Shown here piece by piece: positions 30,281-40,361 of a stretch of DNA of 64,000 nt. The notes under the pieces were generated by a model. It had not been told where the DNA came from, ran no database searches, and saw only the letters and a list, made by a program, of their open reading frames with translations. Each line of letters starts with the position of its first letter. Positions within the stretch are counted from its first letter, which is position 1. This DNA comes from Capsulimonadaceae bacterium. GTDB lineage: Bacteria > Armatimonadota > Armatimonadia > Armatimonadales > Capsulimonadaceae. Location of the stretch: NCBI GenBank assembly GCA_965215505.1, contig OZ244065.1:3232001-3296000 (forward strand). Direction: 5' to 3'. A program made the translations under genes and the position numbers.

Positions 30281-30727
30281 CTACTTTTTGTGCTGCACCA
30301 GCAGGACGCCCGCAAAGACGAGGGCGACGCCCAGGACGCGCCAGATGTTAATCGGGGCGCGCGGGACGCCGAGCCAGCCGAAGGAGTCCAGGGCCAGGGC
30401 GCAGGCGAGCTGGCCGGCCACGGCGCAGGCGATCACCACGGCGGCCCCGACGCGCGGCACACCGATGACCGAGAGGGTCACATAGAAGGCCCCGAACAGG
30501 CCACCAAGCCACATCCACCAGGGGCTGCCGGCAAGCCCCGTTAGCCGCCCGCGCCCGAACAGCCCTACCGAAGCGGCGACGGCCAGCGGGAGGGACCCGA
30601 CCAGGAACGAGATCAGGGCGCTCAGGACCGGGGAGCCGACCGCCTCCCGCAGCCGCGCGTTGACGGCGGCCTGCAAGGTCAGCCCGGACCCGGCCAGGAT
30701 CAGAAGGAACACGAGTAGGATTTGCAC
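30281..30727 (-). CDS. DMT-family small transporter, tandem paralog
   Basis: Same motifs (QAAVNARL, WWMWLGGLFG, GQL...DSFGWLG); GTG start inferred. Confidence 0.85.
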   Translation of the reverse strand: MQILLVFLLILAGSGLTLQAAVNARLREAVGSPVLSALISFLVGSLPLAVAASVGLFGRGRLTGLAGSPWWMWLGGLFGAFYVTLSVIGVPRVGAAVVIACAVAGQLACALALDSFGWLGVPRAPINIWRVLGVALVFAGVLLVQHKK

Positions 30728-30830
30728 GGGGGCAGTATACCCCGTTTGGCGCAGGCAGGATTCCAGGCCCCCGCCGTCGAACAAGACACCGCCCGCCTGT
30801 CCCTATTGCGCCGAATGGAGAACAGCACAC

Positions 30831-32840
30831 TTGAACGAGGCTGCGCCGCCCGTCCCCGAAGCCGTCCGCCCACAGCAGGGCGCGAGCCTGCCCAAGTCCC
30901 CGCCCCAATGGCGGGCCATCCTCATCGGGCTGCTGCTGATCCCCGTCTCCACCTACTACGGCAACTACGCCTACGTCGTCGTCCAGGCCATGCTGTGGGG
31001 GCAGACCTCGCTGCTGCGCGGGCCGGTGTTTCTGCTGTTCGTGCTGACACTGGCAAATCTCCTGTTCCGTAAGGTGACGCGGCGGGCCGGTCTGCGGCCT
31101 TCGGAGATGCTGGTCATCTATTCCATGATCGCCGTCTCGGTCTGCGTCTCGGGCTTCGGGCAGGTGCAGTGGCTCGTCAACATCCTGCCCGCCGGGGACC
31201 ACTTCGCCAACCAGGCGAACCACTACGACCAGTTTCTATTCTATCTGCCTCCGTACCTCATCCCGCACGACCCACAGGTCATCCAGGACTTCTACCGGGG
31301 CGGCAGGACGATGTACCGCCCGGACATACTGAGGGACTGGGCGACGCCCGTTCTCGTGTGGTCTGCCTTCCTGTTCGTCCTGTGCTGGGTGACACTGTGC
31401 CTGACCTCGCTGTTCCGAAGGCAGTGGACGGACGACGAAAAGCTGACCTTCCCCCTGGTCCACCTGCCCCTCCAGATGGCTAACGGGGCGGCGGGCCGGA
31501 CGCCGTTCTACTCCAACCGCCTGATGTGGGGCGGGTTCGTGTTCGCGGGCCTGCTGGAGTCCATCAACTACATCAACTTCTTCTTCCCGGCCTTCCCGCA
31601 CGTCGCCATCAAGCCGAGCGACTGGCACATGGAGAACTCGATTGTCGTCCACCCGTGGAGCAGCGTGGGAACTTTAACGCTGGCCTTCTACCCGTTCGCC
31701 ATCGGGATCGCCTTCCTGCTCTCGCGCGAGGTCGCCTTCTCCTGCTGGTTCTTCTATTTGCTGACGCGCATCGAGAACGTCGCGGCGGCGGCTTTCGGGC
31801 TGAACGAGGGCGGCGGGACCGGGCTGCACGCCAAAGCGCCGTTCCTGGGCGAGCAGGGCGTCGGGGCCTTCCTCGCGCTCGGCCTGTTCCTGCTCTGGCG
31901 CGCGAAGGGGCCGCTCACCTTGGCCCTGCGGTCGGCCTGGGATGCGCGATTGGCAGCCCAGGCGGACGACCCGCACGCGCCGATCTCGCCGCGCGTCGCC
32001 CTGTGGAGCGGGCTGGTCGGGCTGGTGCTACTGACCGCCTTCCTGACCGTCATCGGCCTGCCTCTGGGGATCGTGCTGGCTTTCTGGGCGATCTACTTCC
32101 TGTTTTTGATCGTCCTGACCCGCATCTTCGCCGAGGCCGGGGCGGGCTGGGCCTGGGGGCCGATGGTGAACGTCCACACGGTCGTCATGGACGCGGTCGG
32201 CGTCAGCGGCATGGGGGCGCGCACCCTGACCACCTTCGGGTATCTGGACTGGTTTGATAACGAGTTCCGGGACACGGCCATGCCACACCAACTGGAAGCG
32301 ATGAAGATGGGGCGTGAGACGGACACGCCGCGCCGCCAGCTCTTCTACGCCCTGCTGCTGGCCGCCGCCGTCTCGGGCGCCGTCGCCTTCTGGGCCTACC
32401 TGCACATGTATTATGAGTTCGGGGCGGCCTCGGCCAAGGTCCGCCCCGCCCTGCAAGGGCTTGGCCTGGGGCACCTGAAGGAGATCGCGAGCTGGATCAA
32501 AAGCCCCACCCCCGCCGACCCGAACTCCCTGCGCGCGATGTTCGCGGGCGGCGTCCTGGTGCTGGCGCTTGCCGCTCTGCGTCAGGCCTTCGTCTGGTGC
32601 CCCTTCCACCCCATCGGCTACGCGCTGGCCGGGACCGCCTCGATGGAGTACATGTGGTGCCCGTTCTTCATCGCCTGGGTCGCCAAGTCCGTGATCCTGC
32701 GCTACGGCGGGTACACGCTGTACCGTCAGGCGTTGCCCTTCTTCCTGGGGTTAATTTTGGGTGACTACATCGTGCCGACGTTGTGGGGGCTGTGGGGGAT
32801 GGCCGCCCACACGCAGGTCTACATGTCGTTCCCGCACTGA
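30831..32840 (+). CDS. Large polytopic membrane protein, putative transporter (DUF6785/DUF6784-like)
   Basis: RRQWTDDEKLTFPL, FSCWFFY, WCPFHPIGY, ILRYGG..LYR...PFFLGLILGD; TTG start with GGAG inferred. Confidence 0.75.
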   Translation: MNEAAPPVPEAVRPQQGASLPKSPPQWRAILIGLLLIPVSTYYGNYAYVVVQAMLWGQTSLLRGPVFLLFVLTLANLLFRKVTRRAGLRPSEMLVIYSMIAVSVCVSGFGQVQWLVNILPAGDHFANQANHYDQFLFYLPPYLIPHDPQVIQDFYRGGRTMYRPDILRDWATPVLVWSAFLFVLCWVTLCLTSLFRRQWTDDEKLTFPLVHLPLQMANGAAGRTPFYSNRLMWGGFVFAGLLESINYINFFFPAFPHVAIKPSDWHMENSIVVHPWSSVGTLTLAFYPFAIGIAFLLSREVAFSCWFFYLLTRIENVAAAAFGLNEGGGTGLHAKAPFLGEQGVGAFLALGLFLLWRAKGPLTLALRSAWDARLAAQADDPHAPISPRVALWSGLVGLVLLTAFLTVIGLPLGIVLAFWAIYFLFLIVLTRIFAEAGAGWAWGPMVNVHTVVMDAVGVSGMGARTLTTFGYLDWFDNEFRDTAMPHQLEAMKMGRETDTPRRQLFYALLLAAAVSGAVAFWAYLHMYYEFGAASAKVRPALQGLGLGHLKEIASWIKSPTPADPNSLRAMFAGGVLVLALAALRQAFVWCPFHPIGYALAGTASMEYMWCPFFIAWVAKSVILRYGGYTLYRQALPFFLGLILGDYIVPTLWGLWGMAAHTQVYMSFPH

Positions 32841-32870
32841 GGCGTTCGGAGCAGGAAGAAGGGGGAGGGA

Positions 32871-32942
32871 GTGAGGGCGGGGGGACCCAGCCCCTACACG
32901 GACAGGACTATCATCCGTAGGGGTAGGGCTTGCCCCTACCCT
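32871..32942. repeat. Pair of GTAGGG-type REP-like hairpins
   Basis: ...cccagcccctac and gtaggggtagggcttgcccctaccc; similar hairpins near 6608, 15012, 51595 and 54816. Confidence 0.65.
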
Positions 32943-33142
32943 TTTTCCGGCTCTCTTTCCTGCCAACGACCGGGCCGTGCCGCGATCACGCCGGCCGGTT
33001 CGTCCTGCATCATGTCGGCGGCATTCAGGGCCACCCTAGTTTCCACCATCTCGCTTTCCTCTGGGGTCAGACCGAGAAAGTCAGCGACCGTGCCGACGCG
33101 GAACCCTGCTTGTTCCAGTCGTTCACGCTTGGCTGTGTCCAT
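32936..33142 (-). pseudogene. Truncated XRE/HigA-like antitoxin
   Basis: MDTAKRERLEQAGFRVGTVADFLGLTPEE.. then unrelated sequence; no HTH. Confidence 0.55.
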
Positions 33143-33147
33143 ACAGA

Positions 33148-34521
33148 TTATCCTCCCAATCTGTCAAGCCGCGCCTGAGCGCGGCGGGCATGGATGCTGT
33201 CAATGCCGGGCGCGACGGCCTGCCGGAAGGCTTCGCGGGCGGCGTCAGGCTCGCCTGAACCCAGGAAGGCTTCGCCCAAGCCATAATGCGCCTTCGTCAA
33301 GCCGATGACGTCCGGCTCGCAGTCCAGGTACTTGCGCCACCAGTCTAGGCTTTGGCCATAGTCGCCGAGCGCGGACGCCGCCGGGGCAAGTTCACTGTAA
33401 ACACCCAGCAGGCCGGCGCGGTCCTGATTGAAGCCCGGCAGGCGGCTCTCGACACTTTCCTGCATCCGGCGCGCGTCCTCGGCTTGACCTAATTGGGCGT
33501 AGACGCGCACAGCGGTCGCGTCACTGTAGAGGACCATCTTGTCCTCCCCGTCCGTCGCTGGCGGGGGCAGCGGGAACGTCTCCCGCGAGACGCCAAGCCC
33601 GGCCCATGCTTCCCGGAGGGCCGCCAGCGCCGCCTCGGGCCGATCGTCGTTCGCCTCGATCCAGGCCAGCGTGAGCGAGCAGATGACCTGCGTCCGCTGC
33701 TCCATGTCGGGCCTGTCCCAGCGCGGGCCTTTCTTCATGTCGGCGACCACGGCGCGCGCCTCCTCGTAACGCCCCGTGTCCCGCAGGCACTCTGCCTCCA
33801 GGAGTCGCCCGCCCCGACCGGGGTGAGCGAACGTATCCGTCGCAAGGCGGGCCATGGCGATGGCCGACGCGAACGCCCCGCGCTTGCGCTGGATTGTCGC
33901 CAGCGTTGTCAGGCCTTGCGCGATCTCCTGGGGCTTGCCGCCTGCCTTCGCGAGTTCCAGGGCTTGAATGTAGTGGGTTTCGGCCTTCTCTAGATCGCCC
34001 AGGGTGGAGTAGCCGACGCCGCACATGCGGTGCATAATGAGGCGGATCGTTGGGTCCGGGTAGTTAGCGAGGGAGGCACCAGCCCAGATGATGGTCTTTG
34101 CCGGGCGGCTCGCCTCGTAGTGCGCCAGCGCCAGCTTCGCCATGAGGTACGCGCGGCTCGGCCCCGGTGTGGGAGGCGCTGCGGATATCATAGGCACGGC
34201 GGGCATCAGGCGCAGGGCCTGCTCATAGGCGGCGCAGGCTTCATCATGGCGGTGGTCGCGCTTGAGCAGGTCGCCTTTGGTCATCAGAGCCATCGGATCC
34301 TCTGCCCCGCCTTCCGCGATGTTTGTGGCGAGTTCACGCTCCGCCGCCGCTTCCTCCACTTGCCCCAGGCTGGCTAAGGTGTCTGCCAGGCGTCGGCGCG
34401 TGTCGGCTTCCAGGCCTGCCGGGAGAGGCTGGGCCAGGAGGTGTCGGAACGCTTCGACGGCCTCCGTGTATCGCTTCTCTAAAAAGAGGCGTATGCCTAC
34501 TTCCTGCGTCATCTCATTCAT
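33148..34521 (-). CDS. TPR-repeat protein
   Basis: Repeated TPR-like helical units (LGDLEKAETHYIQAL, AHYGLGEAFL...AREAFRQA). Confidence 0.85.
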   Translation of the reverse strand: MNEMTQEVGIRLFLEKRYTEAVEAFRHLLAQPLPAGLEADTRRRLADTLASLGQVEEAAAERELATNIAEGGAEDPMALMTKGDLLKRDHRHDEACAAYEQALRLMPAVPMISAAPPTPGPSRAYLMAKLALAHYEASRPAKTIIWAGASLANYPDPTIRLIMHRMCGVGYSTLGDLEKAETHYIQALELAKAGGKPQEIAQGLTTLATIQRKRGAFASAIAMARLATDTFAHPGRGGRLLEAECLRDTGRYEEARAVVADMKKGPRWDRPDMEQRTQVICSLTLAWIEANDDRPEAALAALREAWAGLGVSRETFPLPPPATDGEDKMVLYSDATAVRVYAQLGQAEDARRMQESVESRLPGFNQDRAGLLGVYSELAPAASALGDYGQSLDWWRKYLDCEPDVIGLTKAHYGLGEAFLGSGEPDAAREAFRQAVAPGIDSIHARRAQARLDRLGG

Positions 34522-34569
34522 GCCGCCCTATACGCCGGGAACCATTCTTTCTCCTGCCGCATTCTACCT

Positions 34570-34590
34570 ATTGAGTGTGCTAAACTCAAG
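34570..34590. promoter_or_regulatory. HAIR (HspR operator)
   Basis: ATTGAGT-N7-ACTCAAG versus consensus CTTGAGT-N7-ACTCAAG, upstream of hsp20-lon. Confidence 0.8.
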
Positions 34591-34615
34591 TAAGTTCAGA
34601 AAAATCAACCGTTTG

Positions 34616-34641
34616 GGAACCTCGGGAGTGGGTACAACGTA
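34616..34641 (+). promoter_or_regulatory. Candidate ECF sigma promoter
   Basis: GGAAC N17 CGTA upstream of hsp20. Confidence 0.5.
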
Positions 34642-34708
34642 GCACTCCCTCAAGGGTTCATCTTTAGAAGCATCACTAGAAGCATCACTTAAGAGCAGGA
34701 GACGCACA

Positions 34709-35254
34709 ATGGCGTTCAATGATTACCGCGACATCATCCGGCAGATGGAGCGCGAAATGCAGCAGTTGTCGGATGAGGCGTTCCGGGGCTTCTTCGCCCT
34801 GCCGACCGGCACGGCGGGCCGCTTCTGGCAGCCGCCGGTGGATGTCCACGAGACGGCCGAGGCCATGCTGATCAAGGTGGAGCTGGCGGGGGTCAAGGCG
34901 GACGACATCCACGTCGCGCTGACGCCCGACGACCGCATCCTCAACATCAGCGGGACGCGGCGGGAGGGGCAGGATTCGCGCGAAGGCCGGGTCCGCAGCC
35001 ACCATCTAGAGATCTACGTCGGCCCGTTCGAGCGCGCCATCGCCCTGCCGAGCGGCTTCCGGCTCAACCGGGACGCCATCAAGGCCACCTACCGGGACGG
35101 CTTCCTGCTGGTGACGCTGCCGAAGCGGGCGCGGGCGGAGATGCCGACGGCGCGCATCATCCCAATCAGCACGGACGACGAGGCGACGCCCCTTGACGAT
35201 CAGTTTGATGCACAGAAGACTGAAACTGACAAGACAGAAAATGAGGACAAGTAA
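34709..35254 (+). CDS. Hsp20/alpha-crystallin small heat-shock protein
   Basis: WQPPVDVHET, VELAGV, GPFERAIALP, ATYRDGFL. Confidence 0.92.
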   Translation: MAFNDYRDIIRQMEREMQQLSDEAFRGFFALPTGTAGRFWQPPVDVHETAEAMLIKVELAGVKADDIHVALTPDDRILNISGTRREGQDSREGRVRSHHLEIYVGPFERAIALPSGFRLNRDAIKATYRDGFLLVTLPKRARAEMPTARIIPISTDDEATPLDDQFDAQKTETDKTENEDK

Positions 35255-35259
35255 CATCC

Positions 35260-37851
35260 ATGTCCGATAACAACTATAACGAGGCCGACGACATCCTGGC
35301 CGGGCATACGCCGGCCGAAGAAACCAAGGTAGACGAGATCGCCGAGGACATGCCGATTGACGGCGAGGTCGCCGACCAGATCGTCAAGCAGATCAACAGT
35401 GACGGGACGGGCCATCCCCCGATCCCCGATGAGCTGCCGCTGCTGCCGCTGCGCGACACCGTGATCTTCCCGGTCCTGGTCGCCCCCATCGCGGTGGGGC
35501 GCGAGAACAGCATCAAGCTGGTGGACGAGGCCGTCTCGCGCGGCGACCGCATCATCGGCGTCGTCGCCATGAAGGACTCGTCGGTCGAGAACGCCACCGC
35601 CGCAGACATCCACCCGATGGGCGTCGCGGTCGTCATCCGCATGATGGCGAAGGTGCCCGACGGCGGCATCCGCATGATCGTCCAGGGCATCGCGCGCATC
35701 CAGATCCAGCAGGTGCTGGAGGAAGAGCCGTACCTGCGGGCGCGGGTCAAGGTGCTGGACTCGAAGACCGAGATCGCCGAAGAGGACAAGGTCGAGGTCG
35801 AGGCCCTGAAGCGCGGCATCGGCGATCTGTTCGGCAAGATCGTCTCGCTGTCGGGGAACATGCCGGACGAGCTGGCCGGGCTGTCGTCGTCCATCGACGA
35901 CCCCGCCGTGATGACCGACCTGATCGCCGCCCACATGCCGATCGACGCCGAGGACAAGCAGCGCATTCTGGAGACGGTCAACCTGAAGGACCGCATGAAC
36001 GCCCTGCTGGAACTGATGACCAAGGAGCAGCAGGTGCTGGAGATCGGCTCCAAGCTCCAGTCGCAGGTGTCCGAGGGGATCAACAAGACGCAGCGCGAGT
36101 ACTATCTGCGCGAGCAGCTCAAGGCCATTCAGAAGGAACTGGGCGAGGGCGACGAGCGCGGCGAGGAGCAGGACGAGCTTCGCAAGAAGGTCGAAGAGGC
36201 CCACATGCCCGAGGACGCCTTGAAGGAGGCGAATCGGGAGATGGACCGCTTGCAGCGCATGTCGCCGGGCGCACCCGACTACACCACGACCCGGACCTAC
36301 CTGGACTGGCTGGTGGCGATGCCGTGGGACAAGGCCACGCCGGACAACCTGGACATCCCCAGCGTCAAGGCGCACCTGGACGCCGACCACTACGGGCTGG
36401 AGAAGATCAAGGACCGCATCCTGGAGTACCTGTCGGTCCGCAAGTTCAAGACCGGCGGCGACCTGCGCCAGCCCATCCTGTGCTTCGTCGGCCCGCCCGG
36501 AGTGGGCAAGACCAGCCTGGCGAAGTCCATTGCGGGAGCGATGGGCAAGAAGTTCGTCCGCATCAGCCTGGGCGGCACGCACGACGAGTCGGAGATTCGC
36601 GGCCACCGGCGCACCTACATCGGCGCCCTGCCCGGCCAGATCATCCAGGGCATCAAGCGGGCCGAGACGAACAACCCGCTGTTCGTGCTGGACGAGATAG
36701 ACAAGGTGGGCGCTGACTACCGGGGCGACCCGTCCTCGGCCCTGCTGGAAGCTTTGGACCCGGAGCAGAACACGACGTTCCGGGACAACTACCTGGACGT
36801 GAACTTCGACCTGTCCAAAGTGCTGTTCGTGACCACGGCCAACCAGCTCGACACCATCCAGCCGGCGCTCAGGGACCGCATGGAGATCATCGAGCTGTCC
36901 GGCTACACCGAGGAAGAAAAGACACAGATCGCCGTGCGCCACCTGGTCCCGAAGCAATTGGGCGAGCACGGGCTGACCGAGGTGACCTTCACCGAGGGCG
37001 CGGTCAAGGCCATCGTCCGGGGCTACACCCGCGAGGCGGGCGTCCGGTCTCTGGAGCGCGAGATCGCCGCCGTCTGCCGCAAGGTGACGCGCGAGTTCGC
37101 CGAGGGGCGGACCGAGCCACTGACGATTGATGGCGCGCAGGTGGAGAAGTATCTCGGCTCGCCGCGCTTCGAGTACGAGGAGGTGGCGGAGCGGACCGAG
37201 CAGCCGGGCGTCGTGACCGGCCTGGTCTGGACCCCGGTGGGGGGCGACGTGGTCTTCATCGAGGCGTCCCGGATGGCGGGCGGCAAGGGGTTGCAGCTCA
37301 CGGGCCAATTGGGGGACGTGATGAAGGAGTCGGCGCAGACGGCGCTGTCCTATGTCCGCGCCCACGCGGACGCCCTGCACATCGCGCCGGACTTCTACGA
37401 GACCAGCGACCTGCACATCCACGTCCCCGCCGGGGCCGTGCCGAAGGACGGCCCGAGCGCGGGCGTCACGATGACAAGCGCTATCGCCTCGCTCCTGACG
37501 GGCCGCCCGATCAAGACGGCCCTGGCGATGACCGGCGAGGTGACATTGTCGGGGAAGGTGCTGCCGGTCGGCGGCATCAAGGAGAAGGTGCTGGCGGCCA
37601 AGCGCGCGGGGATCAAGACGATCATCCTGCCCGAGAGGAACCGCAAGGACCTGATGGAAGACATCCCCGCCGAGCTTCGGAAGGGCATGGAGTTCATCTT
37701 CGCCCGCGACGTCCACGAGGTCATCGCCGCCGCCTTGCAGCCGATGGACGCCCCCAAGCCGGCGAAGGCCAAGAACGGCGTCCGCCTGAAGACGATGGAG
37801 GCGGCCCCGCCGTCCGCCGACATCGTCGCGAACGTGCCGGCGAATGCCTGA
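35260..37851 (+). CDS. lon: Lon protease (endopeptidase La)
   Basis: [34 protein letters not shown]. Confidence 0.98.
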   Translation: MSDNNYNEADDILAGHTPAEETKVDEIAEDMPIDGEVADQIVKQINSDGTGHPPIPDELPLLPLRDTVIFPVLVAPIAVGRENSIKLVDEAVSRGDRIIGVVAMKDSSVENATAADIHPMGVAVVIRMMAKVPDGGIRMIVQGIARIQIQQVLEEEPYLRARVKVLDSKTEIAEEDKVEVEALKRGIGDLFGKIVSLSGNMPDELAGLSSSIDDPAVMTDLIAAHMPIDAEDKQRILETVNLKDRMNALLELMTKEQQVLEIGSKLQSQVSEGINKTQREYYLREQLKAIQKELGEGDERGEEQDELRKKVEEAHMPEDALKEANREMDRLQRMSPGAPDYTTTRTYLDWLVAMPWDKATPDNLDIPSVKAHLDADHYGLEKIKDRILEYLSVRKFKTGGDLRQPILCFVGPPGVGKTSLAKSIAGAMGKKFVRISLGGTHDESEIRGHRRTYIGALPGQIIQGIKRAETNNPLFVLDEIDKVGADYRGDPSSALLEALDPEQNTTFRDNYLDVNFDLSKVLFVTTANQLDTIQPALRDRMEIIELSGYTEEEKTQIAVRHLVPKQLGEHGLTEVTFTEGAVKAIVRGYTREAGVRSLEREIAAVCRKVTREFAEGRTEPLTIDGAQVEKYLGSPRFEYEEVAERTEQPGVVTGLVWTPVGGDVVFIEASRMAGGKGLQLTGQLGDVMKESAQTALSYVRAHADALHIAPDFYETSDLHIHVPAGAVPKDGPSAGVTMTSAIASLLTGRPIKTALAMTGEVTLSGKVLPVGGIKEKVLAAKRAGIKTIILPERNRKDLMEDIPAELRKGMEFIFARDVHEVIAAALQPMDAPKPAKAKNGVRLKTMEAAPPSADIVANVPANA

Positions 37852-37865
37852 TGGTAGATGAAGGA

Positions 37866-37898
37866 AAGCCCCCGCCTCGGTTGAGGCGGGGGCTTTTC
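37866..37898. terminator. Terminator hairpin present in three copies (37866; about 39490 inverted; 40318)
   Basis: aagcccccgcctcggttgaggcgggggctttt. Confidence 0.85.
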
Positions 37899-39380
37899 CT
37901 ACAGGTAAGCCAGATCTGAAACTACTATTGGGGAAAAGCCATCCTCGCCAGTAAGGGTTCCCGACCAGACTATATCATTCTGGTTTAGACCTTCTCTCTG
38001 CTTTATCACAGGAATAATCTGCTCAGCCAGCAGGGGTCTAGAACATATCAAACAGACGATGATGTCTGAAAATTCATTCCTGTTTTTCAACCTCTCGCCT
38101 TGTCTAAATACCGACGAAACATCTGCCGCAATCGAGTCGATTGGCCGAAATTCATCCACAAACCGAATCTCGAAGCCAACGAAGCGGCCGGATGGCAGTT
38201 GCACGGACACATCTGGGAAGGAAGAAGGATTGTGATTGATAGCAGCGAAGGGGTACTGAGCGTTAAGCCAATTGGCTAGGTGAACGCCTGCGTTGAGCTT
38301 TTTCAAGGTTCGCTGGCCCTGAAGTTGCTCTCTAAACTCTGGCGAAATTCGGAAGCCTATTTTTCGTCCTTTCACCGTGTCTCTATGATTTCTTTCAGAG
38401 TTTGGGGGTTCTTCCTGCTCCATCTGAGCGCTCTCAACTTCGTCCTGCTCCACGCGGCTTGCATCCGAAATCGAGGTGCTGGAAAACGAGGCTCCTAGGT
38501 ACTTCTTTGCGCCTTCCATGAATTGCGTTAAAGTGTACAGATAGAAGGGAGAATTCGACTCCTTGTACATCTCTTGGACCAGTTCCTTCCGCGCTCTTTT
38601 TGCTCTACCCCAGGACTCAACCCAGTCTGCCTTCTGCTCTTGGTTGACCATCAAGATAGGGCGACTCGCTTCTTTTGCCTTGTCTATAGTCTGATACCAA
38701 ACAAGCAAATCACCATACTTGTCATCGCCATCTTTTTTGCTATCCTCATATCCTGGCGGCACCTGCGGAACACGGCCATAACGTACTGCGCCCTCAGCAT
38801 ATATCTCCTTCAGCCGCTTCTCATCGTACTCATCTCCGACGTTATCACCCAGTAATTCCGTGATCCGCATGAGGATGGAGTCATTCGTGATGAGTGCCTG
38901 CTGTTCATCCCGTACTGCTTCAAGTTGCTGGGTGAGTTGCTTGACACTCTCCGCAATGGAGTCCGTACCCGCAATGATTTTAGAGAATAGGTCTTCAAAA
39001 TTTGAAGCAACCCGCTCGGCAACAGCTTTCACGGCTTCGGGGGCATCCAAGCCTTTTTGCGCTTCTTCCGCGCTCTTTTTCATGTCGGGTAGTAGACGCT
39101 CAAGTCTGCCAAGCGCCTTCCTGTACTTGTTCACTTGTTGCTCTATGACATCGACGCGGTTTCGCTGGAATTCCAAGCCAGCCTGGTGTGGAACCCAGAC
39201 TCGATCTTTTACCGAACCAAGAAATGTGAACAGTTCAGTGCGTGTGGTCTTTTCAAGGCTATAGAAATCAAGAAGGGCATTTGCATCAAACACAAAGATG
39301 CCGGTCTTCCACCACTCGGTAAGATCCTCCTCAGATGGAGGGTAATAGCCAAAAAAGAGTTTTTTGAATTTCATGGTCAT
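37899..39380 (-). CDS. PIN-like domain protein (PIN_8/DUF4935-like) with C-terminal extension; low GC
   Basis: FVFDANALLDFY, WVPHQAGLEF, PPGYEDSKK, GDLLVWYQ; start 39380 or 39374. Confidence 0.8.
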   Translation of the reverse strand: MTMKFKKLFFGYYPPSEEDLTEWWKTGIFVFDANALLDFYSLEKTTRTELFTFLGSVKDRVWVPHQAGLEFQRNRVDVIEQQVNKYRKALGRLERLLPDMKKSAEEAQKGLDAPEAVKAVAERVASNFEDLFSKIIAGTDSIAESVKQLTQQLEAVRDEQQALITNDSILMRITELLGDNVGDEYDEKRLKEIYAEGAVRYGRVPQVPPGYEDSKKDGDDKYGDLLVWYQTIDKAKEASRPILMVNQEQKADWVESWGRAKRARKELVQEMYKESNSPFYLYTLTQFMEGAKKYLGASFSSTSISDASRVEQDEVESAQMEQEEPPNSERNHRDTVKGRKIGFRISPEFREQLQGQRTLKKLNAGVHLANWLNAQYPFAAINHNPSSFPDVSVQLPSGRFVGFEIRFVDEFRPIDSIAADVSSVFRQGERLKNRNEFSDIIVCLICSRPLLAEQIIPVIKQREGLNQNDIVWSGTLTGEDGFSPIVVSDLAYL

Positions 39381-39558
39381 AGTTTTGGTTAGTTCATCGT
39401 CTTTGTGCTTAAATCCTGCTATATGGTGGAGATAGACGTTGGCGGCATAGTGATGGGTGCTCCAGTAACTTCTGACGGTGAGTGGGGTTAGCCCTCGCCT
39501 CAACCGAGGCGCTGGCTTTTTGTTACGCGGAATGGTACACTCTCCGTGAGGCTTATCT

Positions 39559-39993
39559 ATGACAGAGGATCAATGGAATGTGCGCCTTTGCTTTGTCGAT
39601 CCTCCGTGGGCTTACTTCACCACTCAGGACTTTGCAGAACAAACAGGCGAGAGGTGGGAAGATGCTCCCTACCAGGATTTCGCTGGGCCGCCGGAAGAGC
39701 CACCTGTGGGACAAAATCCCCCTGAATGGGAGATCGTCAAGGTCGCCTATGATTGTAGCAACCTCATCACCCCGGCCGTCATGTTGCAGGAGGCGCACTT
39801 GCCGATTCAGTTGAGCGTAAACGATATTAACAATGGCCGGGCACCTTGGCTCTACCAGAGGCCATTCGGAGACCCTGGCATCCAGGTGGCTGCTGGGTGT
39901 TCCCTCCGTAGCTTTGTCACTTGGTATATGCGGTCAATCGGCCAAACGGTTTACGTCCCGCTTGACGAGACAGCCACCCCGCCTCTGGAATAG
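39559..39993 (+). CDS. Hypothetical protein
   Basis: 144 aa ORF with GAGG RBS; WAYFTT...WEDAPY. Confidence 0.6.
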   Translation: MTEDQWNVRLCFVDPPWAYFTTQDFAEQTGERWEDAPYQDFAGPPEEPPVGQNPPEWEIVKVAYDCSNLITPAVMLQEAHLPIQLSVNDINNGRAPWLYQRPFGDPGIQVAAGCSLRSFVTWYMRSIGQTVYVPLDETATPPLE

Positions 39994-40004
39994 GAGAAAT
40001 CGAG

Positions 40005-40238
40005 ATGACGACTACGATAATGGGGCGCGACGGTCAAGTGACGCTGCCGGACGACGTTCAAGAGCGGTATGGGCTGAGGCCGGAAGTCTCGGTGCGCCTC
40101 ATCGAGACGCGCTCCGGCCTGCTGCTGGTGCCGCTGACGGACGCGCCGATGAGCGCGGAACTGACGCAGGAGCTTCAGGAGTGGCAGGCATTGGGCGCGG
40201 AGGCCTGGGCGCAGTTCCCGTATGAGGACGGGGAATGA
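40005..40238 (+). CDS. AbrB/MazE-like antitoxin
   Basis: GRDGQVTLPDDVQERYGL...LLLVP. Confidence 0.75.
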   Translation: MTTTIMGRDGQVTLPDDVQERYGLRPEVSVRLIETRSGLLLVPLTDAPMSAELTQELQEWQALGAEAWAQFPYEDGE

Positions 40239-40275
40239 ATGCGGGAACATATACTGGGCTGAGTTCCCGCCGTCC
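40235..40275 (+). pseudogene. 5' stub of a PemK/MazF-like toxin
   Basis: ATGA overlap with the antitoxin stop; reads MNAG then IYWAEFPPS with a frameshift; very short, so tentative. Confidence 0.45.
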
Positions 40276-40349
40276 AGACATCGTGGCGAACATCCCGGCG
40301 CACGCTTGACGACAAGGAAGCCCCCACCTCGGTTGAGGCGGGGGCTTTT
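40266..40349 (+). pseudogene. Diverged duplicate of the lon 3' end plus terminator
   Basis: PPS/DIVANIPAHA* versus [14 protein letters not shown] (37806-37851), followed by the same hairpin. Confidence 0.88.
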
Positions 40350-40361
40350 GCCCGTCGGCCT

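Noticed and set aside
34640-34665. CIRCE element
   Set aside because: Only the left half TAGCACTC is present; no GAGTGCTAA after N9
35200-37716. 838-aa minus-strand ORF
   Set aside because: Antisense shadow of lon
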